Program-made: the position numbers and the translations under genes
Source: Lingula anatina
Lineage: Eukaryota; Animalia; Brachiopoda
Assembly: GCA_051362555.1 (NCBI GenBank)
Contig: JBPQGU010000016.1
Coordinates: 3,472,001 to 3,536,000 of the forward strand
Direction: 5' to 3'
Length of the DNA stretch: 64,000 nt
The notes under the pieces: generated by a model
Database searches by the model: none
The model's input: the letters and a program-made list of their open reading frames with translations, nothing else
Told to the model about the DNA's origin: nothing
Shown: piece by piece, positions 52,884 to 64,000 of the stretch
How positions within the stretch are numbered: position 1 is the first letter of the stretch
Layout: every line of letters starts with the position of its first letter

Positions 52884-55800
52884 GGTGGTGTCAACATTAA
52901 GGAAGAAATAGAGCAAAAACTCTCTCTCCCCCCCCCTCTCAGATTCTGTTCTCAGAGCTTATTTTTGGATCATCTATAAAGCTAGAATTGGGGGCCTTGA
53001 TGAAGTGACCCGGGCGCGTTTACACATTTTTTATGAATGACAGGTGTGGTAGATTGATTTTCGTCACTTTTTGGAAAAATCGGAGACGGGTCGATTTTTG
53101 GTGATTTTGAGTGATTTTGAACAGTGCCGGCACTGTGAGATTTCTTCAATTTTGGCCAGGTAGGGATGAAAATTTTTTTCTTCATTATAGTGTCAGGTAG
53201 GTGTGTTCGGTCATTTGTAGTAAGAATAAAGTGCTGGAAGAGTGGTGGTGTCAACATTAAGGAAGAAATAGAGCAAAAACTCTCTCTCCCCCCCCTCTCA
53301 GATTCTGTTCTCAGAGCTTATTTTTGGATCATCTTTAAAGCTAGAATTGGGGGCCTTGATGAAGTGACCCGGGCGCGTTTACACATTTTTTATGAATGAC
53401 AGGTGTGGTAGATTGATTTTCGTCACTTTTTGGAAAAATCGGAGACGGGTCGATTTTTGGTGATTTTGAGTGATTTTGAACAGTGCCGGCAGTGTGAGAT
53501 TTCTTCAATTTTGGCCAGGTAGGGATGAAAATTTTTTTTCTTCATTATAGTGTCAGGTAGGTGTGTTCGGTCATTTGTAGTAAGAATAAAGTGCTGGAAG
53601 AGTGGTGGTGTCAACATTAAGGAAGAAATAGAGCAAAAACTTTCTCTCCCCCCCCCTCTCAGATTCTGTTCTCAGAGCTTATTTTTGGATCATCTTCAAA
53701 GCTAGAATTGGGGGCCTTGATGAAGTGACCCGGGCGCGTTTACACATTTTTTATGAATGACAGGTGTGGTAGATTGATTTTCGTCACTTTTTGGAAAAAT
53801 CGGAGACGGGTCGATTTTTGGTGATTTTGAGTGATTTTGAACAGTGCCGGCACTGTGAGATTTCTTCAATTTTGGCCAGGTAGGGATGAAAATTTTTTTT
53901 CTTCATTATAGTGTCAGGTAGGTGTGTTCGGTCATTTTTAGTAAGAATAAAGTGCTGGAAGAGTGGTGGTGTCAACATTAAGGAAGAAATAGAGCAAAAA
54001 CTCTCTCTCCCCCCCCTCTCAGATTCTGTTCTCAGAGCTTATTTTTGGATCATCTTTAAAGCTAGAATTGGGGGCCTTGATGAAGTGACCCGGGCGCGTT
54101 TCCACATTTTTTATGAATGACAGGTGTGGTAGATTGATTTTCGTCACTTTTTGGAAAAATCGGAGATTTTGGTGATTTTGAGTGATTTTGAACAGTGCCG
54201 GCACTGTGAGATTTCTTCAATTTTGGCCAGGTAGGGATGAAAATTTTTTTTCTTCATTATAGTGTCAGGTAGGTGTGTTCGGTCATTTGTAGTAAGAATA
54301 AAGTGCTGGAAGAGTGGTGGTGTCAACATTAAGGAAGAAATAGAGCAAAAACTCTCTCTCCCCCCCCTCTCAGATTCTGTTCTCAGAGCTTATTTTTGGA
54401 TCATCTTTAAAGCTAGAATTGGGGGCCTTGATGAAGTGACCCGGGCGCGTTTACACATTTTTTATGAATGACAGGTGTGGTAGATTGATTTTCGTCACTT
54501 TTTGGAAAAATCGGAGACGGGTCGATTTTTGGTGATTTTGAGTGATTTTGAACAGTGCCGGCACTGTGAGATTTCTTCAATTTTGGCCAGGTAGGGATGA
54601 AAATTTTTTTTCTTCATTATAGTGTCAGGTAGGTGTGTTCGGTCATTTGTAGTAAGAATAAAGTGCTGGAAGAGTGGTGGTGTCAACATTAAGGAAGAAA
54701 TAGAGCAAAAACTCTCTCTCCCCCCCCCTCTCAGATTCTGTTCTCAGAGCTTATTTTTGGATCATCTTTAAAGCTAGAATTGGGGACCTTGATGAAGTGA
54801 CCCGGGCGCGTTTCCACATTTTTTATGAATGACAGGTGTGGTAGATTGATTTTCGTCACTTTTTGGAAAAATCGGAGACGGGTCGATTTTTGGTGATTTT
54901 GAGTGATTTTGAACAGTGCCGGCACTGTGAGATTTCTTCTATTTTGGCCAGGTAGGGATGAAAATTTTTTTTCTTCATTATAGTGTCAGGTAGGTGTGTT
55001 CGGTCATTTGTAGTAAGAATAAAGTGCTGGAAGAGTGGTGGTGTCAACATTAAGGAAGAAATAGAGCAAAAACTCTCTCTCCCCCCCCCCCCTCTCAGAT
55101 TCTGTTCTCAGAGCTTATTTTTGGATCATCTTTAAAGCTAGAATTGGGGGCCTTGATGAAGTGACCCGGGCGCGTTTCCACATTTTTTATGAATGACAGG
55201 TGTGGTAGATTGATTTTCGTCACTTTTTGGAAAAATCGGAGACGGGTCGATTTTTGGTGATTTTGAGTGATTTTGAACAGTGCCGGCACTGTGAGATTTC
55301 TTCAATTTTGGCCAGGTAGGGATGAAATTTTTTTTCTTCATTATAGTGTCAGGTAGGTGTGTTCGGTCATTTGTAGTAAGAATAAAGTGCTGGAAGAGTG
55401 GTGGTGTCAACATTAAGGAAGAAATAGAGCAAAAACTCTCTCTCCCCCCCCCTCTCAGATTCTGTTCTCAGAGCTTATTTTTGGATCATCTTTAAAGCTA
55501 GAATTGGGGGCCTTGATGAAGTGACCCGGGCGCGTTTACACATTTTTTATGAATGACAGGTGTGGTAGATTGATTTTCGTCACTTTTTGGAAAAATCGGA
55601 GACGGGTCGATTTTTGGTGATTTTGAGTGATTTTGAACAGTGCCGGCACTGTGAGATTTCTTCAATTTTGGCCAGGTAGGGATGAAAATTTTTTTTCTTC
55701 ATTATAGTGTCAGGTAGGTGTGTTCGGTCATTTGTAGTAAGAATAAAGTGCTGGAAGAGTGGTGGTGTCAACATTAAGGAAGAAATAGAGCAAAAACTCT

Positions 55801-58800
55801 CTCTCCCCCCCCCTCTCAGATTCTGTTCTCAGAGCTTATTTTTGGATCATCTTTAAAGCTAGAATTGGGGGCCTTGATGAAGTGACCCGGGCGCGTTTCC
55901 ACATTTTTTATGAATGACAGGTGTGGTAGATTGATTTTCGTCACTTTTTGGAAAAATCGGAGACGGGTCGATTTTTGGTGATTTTGAGTGATTTTGAACA
56001 GTGCCGGCACTGTGAGATTTCTTCAATTTTGGCCAGGTAGGGATGAAAATTTTTTTTCTTCATTATAGTGTCAGGTAGGTGTGTTCGGTCATTTGTAGTA
56101 AGAATAAAGTGCTGGAAGAGTGGTGGTGTCAACATTAAGGAAGAAATAGAGCAAAAACTCTCTCTCCCCCCCCCTCTCAGATTCTGTTCTCAGAGCTTAT
56201 TTTTGGATCATCTTTAAAGCTAGAATTGGGGGCCTTGATGAAGTGACCCGGGCGCGTTTACACATTTTTTATGAATGACAGGTGTGGTAGATTGATTTTC
56301 GTCACTTTTTGGAAAAATCGGAGACAGGTCGATTTTTGGTGATTTTGAGTGATTTTGAACAGTGCCGGCACTGTGAGATTTCTTCAATTTTGGCCAGGTA
56401 GGGATGAAAATTTTTTTTCTTCATTATAGTGTCAGGTAGGTGTGTTCGGTCATTTGTAGTAAGAATAAAGTGCTGGAAGAGTGGTGGTGTCAACATTAAG
56501 GAAGAAATAGAGCAAAAACTCTCTCTCTCCCCCCCCCCCCTCTCAGATTCTGTTCTCAGAGCTTATTTTTGGATAATCTTTAAAGCTAGAATTGGGGGCC
56601 TTGATGAAGTGACCCGGGCGCGTTTCCACATTTTTTATGAATGACAGGTGTGGTAGATTGATTTTCGTCACTTTTTGGAAAAATCGGAGACGGGTCGATT
56701 TTTGGTGATTTTGAGTGATTTTGAACAGTGCCGGCACTGTGAGATTTCTTCAATTTTGGCCAGGTAGGGATGAAAATTTTTTTTCTTCATTATAGTGTCA
56801 GGTAGGTGTGTTCGGTCATTTGTAGTAAGAATAAAGTGCTGGAAGAGTGGTGGTGTCAACATTAAGGAAGAAATAGAGCAAAAACTCTCTCTCCCCCCCC
56901 CCCTCTCAGATTCTGTTCTCAGAGCTTATTTTTGGATCATCTTTAAAGCTAGAATTGGGGGCCTTGATGAAGTGACCCGGGCGCGTTTACACATTTTTTA
57001 TGAATGACAGGTGTGGTAGATTGATTTTCGTCACTTTTTGGAAAAATCGGAGACGGGTCGATTTTTGGTGATTTTGAGTGATTTTGAACAGTGCCGGCAC
57101 TGTGAGATTTCTTCAATTTTGGCCAGGTAGGGATGAAAATTTTTTTTCTTCATTATAGTGTCAGGTAGGTGTGTTCGGTCATTTGTAGTAAGAATAAAGT
57201 GCTGGAAGAGTGGTGGTGTCAACATTAAGGAAGAAATAGAGCAAAAACTCTCTCTCCCCCCCCCTCTCAGATTCTGTTCTCAGAGCTTATTTTTGGATCA
57301 TCTTTAAAGCTAGAATTGGGGGCCTTGATGAAGTGACCCAGGCGCGTTTACACATTTTTTATGAATGACAGGTGTGGTAGATTGATTTTCGTCACTTTTT
57401 GGAAAAATCGGAGACGGGTCGATTTTTGGTGATTTTGAGTGATTTTGAACAGTGCCGGCACTGTGAGATTTCTTCAATTTTGGCCAGGTAGGGATGAAAA
57501 TTTTTTTTCTTCATTATAGTGTCAGGTAGGTGTGTTCGGTCATTTGTAGTAAGAATAAAGTGCGGGAAGAGTGGTGGTGTCAACATTAAGGAAGAAATAG
57601 AGCAAAAACTCTCTCTCCCCCCCCCTCTCAGATTCTGTTCTCAGAGCTTATTTTTGGATCATCTTTAAAGCTAGAATTGGGGGCCTTAATGAAGTGACCC
57701 GGGCGCGTTTCCACATTTTTTATGAATGACAGGTGTGGTAGATTGATTTTCGTCACTTTTTGGAAAAATCGGAGACGGGTCGATTTTTGGTGATTTTGAG
57801 TGATTTTGAACAGTGCCGGCACTGTGAGATTTCTTCAATTTTGGCCAGGTAGGGATGAAAATTTTTTTTCTTCATTATAGTGTCAGGTAGGTGTGTTCGG
57901 TCATTTGTAGTAAGAATAAAGTGCTGGAAGAGTGGTGGTGTCAACATTAAGGAAGAAATAGAGCAAAAACTCTCTCTCCCCCCCCCCTCTCAGATTCTGT
58001 TCTCAGAGCTTATTTTTGGATCATCTTTAAAGCTAGAATTGGGGGCCTTGATGAAGTGACCCGGGCGCGTTTCCACATTTTTTATGAATGACAGGTGTGG
58101 TAGATTGATTTTCGTCACTTTTTGGAAAAATCGGAGACGGGTCGATTTTTGGTGATTTTGAGTGATTTTGAACAGTGCCGGCACTGTGAGATTTCTTCAA
58201 TTTTGGCCAGGTAGGGATGAAAATTTTTTTTCTTCATTATAGTGTCAGGTAGGTGTGTTCGGTCATTTGTAGTAAGAATAAAGTGCTGGAAGAGTGGTGG
58301 TGTCAACATTAAGGAAGAAATAGAGCAAAAACTCTCTCTCCCCCCCTCTCAGATTCTGTTCTCAGAGCTTATTTTTGGATCATCTTTAAAGCTAGAATTG
58401 GGGGCCTTAATGAAGTGACCCGGGCGCGTTTCCACATTTTTTATGAATGACAGGTGTGGTAGATTGATTTTCGTCACTTTTTGGAAAAATCGGAGACGGG
58501 TCGATTTTTGGTGATTTTGAGTGATTTTGAACAGTGCCGGCACTGTGAGATTTCTTCAATTTTGGCCAGGTAGGGATGAAAATTTTTTTCTTCATTATAG
58601 TGTCAGGTAGGTGTGTTCGGTCATTTGTAGTAAGAATAAAGTGCTGGAATAGTGGTGGTGTCAACATTAAGAAAGAAATAGAGCAAAAACTCTCTCTCCC
58701 CCCCCTCTCAGATTCTGTTCTCAGAGCTTATTTTTGGATCATCTTTAAAGCTAGAATTGGGGGCCTTGTTGAAGTGACCCGGGCGCGTTTCCACATTTTT

Positions 58801-61800
58801 TATGAATGACAGGTGTGAAAGATTGATTTTCGTCACTTTTTGGAAAAATCGGAGACGGGCGATTTTTGGTGATTTTGAGTGATTTTGAACAGTGCCGGCA
58901 CTGTGAGATTTCTTCAATTTTGGTCAGGTAGGGATGAAAATTTTTTTTCTTCATTATAGTGTCAGGTAGGTGTGTTCGGTCATTTGTAGTAAGAATAAAG
59001 TGCTGGAAGAGTGGTGGTGTCAACATTAAGGAAGAAATAGAGCAAAAACTCTCTCTCCCCCCCCTCTCAGATTCTGTTCTCAGAGCTTATTTTTGGATCA
59101 TCTTTAAAGCTAGAATTGGGGGCCTTGATGAAGTGACCCGGGCGCGTTTCCACATTTTTTATGAATGACAGGTGTGGTAGATTGATTTTCGTCACTTTTT
59201 GGAAAAATCGGAGACGGGTCGATTTTTGGTGATTTTGAGTGATTTTGAACAGTGCCGGCACTGTGAGATTTCTTCAATTTTGGCCAGGTAGGGATGAAAA
59301 TTTTTTTTCTTCATTATAGTGTCAGGTAGGTGTGTTCGGTCATTTGTAGTAAGAATAAAGTGCTGGAAGAGTGGTGGTGTCAACATTAAGGAAGAAATAA
59401 AGCAAAAACTCTCTCTCCCCCCCCTCTCAGATTCTGTTCTCAGAGCTTATTTTTGGATCATCTTTAAAGCTAGAATTGGGGGCCTTGATGAAGTGACCCG
59501 GGTGCGTTTACACATTTTTTATGAATGACAGGTGTGGTAGATTGATTTTCGTCACTTTTTGGAAAAATCGGAGACGGGTCGATTTTTGGTGATTTTGAGT
59601 GATTTTGAACAGTGCCGGCACTGTGAGATTTCTTCAATTTTGGCCAGGTAGGGATGAAAATTTTTTTTCTTCATTATAGTGTCAGGTAGGTGTGTTCGGT
59701 CATTTGTAGTAAGAATAAAGTGCTGGAAGAGTGGTGGTGTCAACATTAAGGAAGAAATAGAGCAAAAACTCTCTCCCCCCCCCCCCCTCTCAGATTCTGT
59801 TCTCAGAGCTTATTTTTGGATCATCTTTAAAGCTAGAATTGGGGGCCTTGATGAAGTGACCCGGGCGCGTTTCCACATTTTTTATGAATGACAGGTGTGG
59901 TAGATTGATTTTCGTCACTTTTTGGAAAAATCGGAGACGGGTCGATTTTTGGTGATTTTGAGTGATTTTGAACAGTGCCGGCACTGTGAGATTTCTTCAA
60001 TTTTGGCCAGGTAGGGATGAAAATTTTTTTTCTTCGTTATAGTGTCAGGTAGGTGTGTTCGGTCATTTGTAGTAAGAATAAAGTGCTGGAAGAGTGGTGG
60101 TGTCAACATTAAGGAAGAAATAGAGCAAAAACTCTCTCTCCCCCCCCCCCTCTCAGATTCTGTTCTCAGAGCTTATTTTTGGATCATCTTTAAAGCTAGA
60201 ATTGGGGGCCTTGATGAAGTGACCCGGGCGCGTTTCCACATTTTTTATGAATGACAGGTGTGGTAGATTGATTTTCGTCACTTTTTGGAAAAATCGGAGA
60301 CGGGTCGATTTTTGGTGATTTTGAGTGATTTTGAACAGTGCCGGCACTGTGAGATTTCTTCAATTTTGGCCAGGTAGGGATGAAAATTTTTTTTCTTCAT
60401 TATAGTGTCAGGTAGGTGTGTTCGGTCATTTGTAGTAAGAATAAAGTGCTGGAAGAGTGGTGGTGTCAACATTAAGGAAGAAATAGAGAAAAAACTCTCT
60501 CTCCCCCCCCCCTCTCAGATTCTGTTCTCAGAGCTTATTTTTGGATCATCTTTAAAGCTAGAATTGGGGCCTTGATGAAGTGACCCGGGCGCGTTTCCAC
60601 ATTTTTTATGAAGACAGGTGTGGTAGATTGATTTTCGTCACTTTTTGGAAAAATCGGAGACGGGTCGATTTTTGGTGATTTTGAGTGATTTTGAACAGTG
60701 CCGGCACTGTGAGATTTCTTCAATTTTGGCCAGGTAGGGATGAAAATTTTTTTCTTCATTATAGTGTCAGGTAGGTGTGTTCGGTCATTTGTAGTAAGAA
60801 TAAAGTGCTGGAAGAGTGGTGGTGTCAACATTAAGGAAGAAATAGAGCAAAAACTCTCTCTCCCCCCCCTCTCAGATTCTGTTCTCAGAGCTTATTTTTG
60901 GATCATCTTTAAAGCTAGAATTGGGGGCCTTGTTGAAGTGACCCGGGCGCGTTTCCACATTTTTTATGAATGACAGGTGTGAAAGATTGATTTTCGTCAC
61001 TTTTTGGAAAAATCGGAGACGGGTCGATTTTTGGTGATTTTGAGTGATTTTGAACAGTGCCGGCACTGTGAGATTTCTTCAATTTTGGTCAGGTAGGGAT
61101 GAAAATTTTTTTTCTTCATTATAGTGTCAGGTAGGTGTGTTCGGTCATTTGTAGTAAGAATAAAGTGCTGGAAGAGTGGTGGTGTCAACATTAAGGAAGA
61201 AATAGAGCAAAAACTCTCTCTCCCCCCCCTCTCAGATTCTGTTCTCAGAGCTTATTTTTGGATCATCTTTAAAGCTAGAATTGGGGGCCTTGATGAAGTG
61301 ACCCGGGCGCGTTTACACATTTTTTATGAATGACAGGTGTGGTAGATTGATTTTCGTCACTTTTTGGAAAAATCGGAGACGGGTCGATTTTTGGTGATTT
61401 TGAGTGATTTTGAACAGTGCCGGCACTGTGAGATTTCTTCAATTTTGGCCAGGTAGGGATGAAAATTTTTCTTCATTATAGTGTCAGGTAGGTGTGTTCG
61501 GTCATTTGTAGTAAGAATAAAGTGCTGGAAGAGTGGTGGTGTCAACATTAAGGAAGAAATAGAGCAAAAACTCTCTCTCCCCCCCCCCTCTCAGATTCTG
61601 TTCTCAGAGCTTATTTTTGGATCATCTTTAAAGCTAGAATTGGGGGCCTTGTTGAAGTGACCCGGGCGCGTTTCCACATTTTTTATGAATGACAGGTGTG
61701 AAAGATTGATTTTCGTCACTTTTTGGAAAAATCGGAGACGGGTCGATTTTTGGTGATTTTGAGTGATTTTGAACAGTGCCGGCACTGTGAGATTTCTTCA

Positions 61801-63744
61801 ATTTTGGCCAGGTAGGGATGAAAATTTTTTTTCTTCATTATAGTGTCAGGTAGGTGTGTTCGGTCATTTGTAGTAAGAATAAAGTGCTGGAAGAGTGGTG
61901 GTGTCAACATTAAGGAAGAAATAGAGCAAAAACTCTCTCTTCCCCCCCCCCTCTCAGATTCTGTTCTCAGAGCTTATTTTTGGATCATCTTTAAAGCTAG
62001 AATTGGGGGCCTTGATGAAGTGACCCGGGCGCGTTTTCACATTTTTTATGAATGACAGGTGTGGTAGATTGATTTTCGTCACTTTTTGGAAAAATCGGAG
62101 ACGGGTCGATTTTTGGTGATTTTGAGTGATTTTGAACAGTGCCGGCACTGTGAGATTTCTTCAATTTTGGCCAGGTAGGGATGAAAATTTTTTTCTTCAT
62201 TATAGTGTCAGGTAGATGTGTTCGGTCATTTGTAGTAAGAATAAAGTGCTGGAAGAGTGGTGGTGTCAACATTAAGGAAGAAATAGAGCAAAAACTCACC
62301 CCCCCCCCCCTCTCAGATTCTGTTCTCAGAGCTTATTTTTGGATCATCTTTAAAGCTAGAATTGGGGGCCTTGATGAAGTGACCCGGGCGCGTTTCCACA
62401 TTTTTTATGAATGACAGGTGTGGTAGATTGATTTTCGTCACTTTTTGGAAAAATCGGAGACGGGTCGATTTTTGGTGATTTTGAGTGATTTTGAACAGTG
62501 CCGGCACTGTGAGATTTCTTCAATTTTGGGCAGGTAGGGATAAAAAATTTTTTTCTTCATTATAGTGTCAGGTAGGTGTGTTCGGTCATTTGTAGTAAGA
62601 ATAAAGTGCTGGAAGAGTGGTGGTGTCAACATTAAGGAAGAAATAGAGCAAAAACTCTCTCTCCCCCCCCCTCCCAGATTCTGTTCTCAGAGCTTATTTT
62701 TGGATCATCTTTAAAGCTAGAATTGGGGGCCTTGATGAAGTGACCCGGGCGCGTTTCCACATTTTTTATGAATGACAGGTGTGGTAGATTGATTTTCGTC
62801 ACTTTTTGGAAAAATCGGAGACGGGTCGATTTTTGGTGATTTTGAGTGATTTTGAACAGTGCCGGCACTGTGAGATTTCTTCAATTTTGGGCAGGTAGGG
62901 ATAAAAAATTTTTTTCTTCATTATAGTGTCAGGTAGGTGTGTTCGGTCATTTGTAGTAAGAATAAAGTGCTGGAAGAGTGGTGGTGTCAACATTAAGGAA
63001 GAAATAGAGCAAAAACTCTCTCTCCCCCCCCCCCCCCTCTTAGATTCTGTTCTCAGAGCTTATTTTTGGATCATCTTTAAAGCTAGAATTGGGATCCTTG
63101 ATGAAGTGACCCGGGCGCGTTTCCACATTTTTTATGAATGACAGGTGTGGTAGATTGATTTTCGTCACTTTTTGGAAAAATCGGAGACGGGTCGATTTTT
63201 GGTGATTTTGAGTGATTTTGAACAGTGCCGGCACTGTGAGATTTCTTCAATTTTGGCTAGGTAGGGATGAAAATTTTTTTTCTTCATTATAGTGTCAGGT
63301 AGGTGTGTTCGGTCATTTGTAGTAAGAATAAAGTGCTGGAAGAGTGGTGGTGTCAACATTAAGGAAGAAATAGAGCAAAAACTCTCTCTCCCCCCCCCTC
63401 CCAGATTCTGTTCTCAGAGCTTATTTTTGGATCATCTTTAAAGCTAGAATTGGGGGCCTTGATGAAGTGACCCGGGCGCGTTTCCACATCTTTTATGAAT
63501 GACAGGTGTGGTAGATTGATTTTCGTCACTTTTTGGAAAAATCGGAGACGGGTCGATTTTTGGTGATTTTGAGTGATTTTGAACAGTGCCGGCACTGTGA
63601 GATTTCTTCAATTTTGGCCAGGTAGGGATGAAAATTTTTTTTCTTCATTATAGTGTCAGGTAGGTGTGTTCGGTCATTTGTAGTAAGCATAAAATGCTTG
63701 AAGAGTGGTGGTGTCAACATTATGGAAGAAATAAAGCAAAAACT

Positions 63745-64000
63745 ATGTATACAGATTCCTGCTATATTATTATTTTATCTTTAATTTATCGAATTTTATG
63801 ATGCCTTTCCTATATCAGTCATTCTTTGCTAGTGGTGCACTGCGGGGGGACCATAACAAGAATGTTATTTAAATTTAGATAGCCGACCAAATTCTCATGA
63901 CATCGTTGTGTATGTTTCAATAACAAATCAAAGAAGCTGCATGAGCAAGGAGGATATTGTTATAAAAGCAAAAGAAGAGAAAAAGCAGAATATATATCGA
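63745..64000. other. Non-satellite AT-rich flanking sequence beyond the right edge of the array
   Basis: Similarity to the monomer stops after AAAAACT (63744), apart from a residual CAGATTC at 63752-63758. No ORF of 60 aa or more is listed here. Confidence 0.85.

Larger units (their letters stand above)
1..63744. repeat. Tandem satellite DNA array, ~362-bp monomer (mostly 359-366 bp), ~176 head-to-tail copies; continues beyond the left window edge
   Basis: Bases 1-362 recur at 363, 725, 1087 and so on, and identical ORFs recur every ~362 bp in the ORF track. Length variation lies mainly in the CT/poly-C tract. No inversions were seen. Copy number is estimated as (63744-168)/~361.7. Confidence 0.99.

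Noticed and set aside
51-63720. Hundreds of 60-100 aa ORFs (MLTPPLF..., MPALFK..., MSGRCV...)
   Set aside because: They are the same ORFs repeated once per monomer. The starts are alternative codons rather than ATG, the frames are freely broken by SNPs and homopolymer indels, and no domain is recognisable.
1-63744. CRISPR array
   Set aside because: There are no unique spacers, the whole 362-bp unit is repeated, and no cas genes are present.
63820-63860. Helitron-like end (CTAG beside a GC-rich patch) in the right flank
   Set aside because: There is no convincing hairpin at the expected distance, and too little flank is available to judge.

Overview
Almost the whole window (1 to ~63,750) is one head-to-tail tandem array of a ~362-bp satellite monomer. 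It holds about 176 copies, all in the same orientation and nearly identical. There is no credible protein-coding or RNA gene: the ORF track only repeats the same two or three short ORFs once per monomer. The array is interrupted once, by a 168-bp MITE-like insertion at 52716-52883 with CAGGGGCGGAT terminal inverted repeats and a 5-bp GGTGG target-site duplication. SNP patterns reveal layered higher-order duplications: an exact 11-mer at 1-7.96 kb, an imperfect 11/10-mer at 11.5-18.7 kb and a 9-mer at ~18.9-25.4 kb. Homogeneity falls toward the right, where the array ends in a diverged terminal monomer and ~250 bp of unique AT-rich DNA. This looks like the edge of a eukaryotic, possibly (peri)centromeric, satellite block. 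I cannot identify the organism or satellite family, and I found no evidence of a new gene system.
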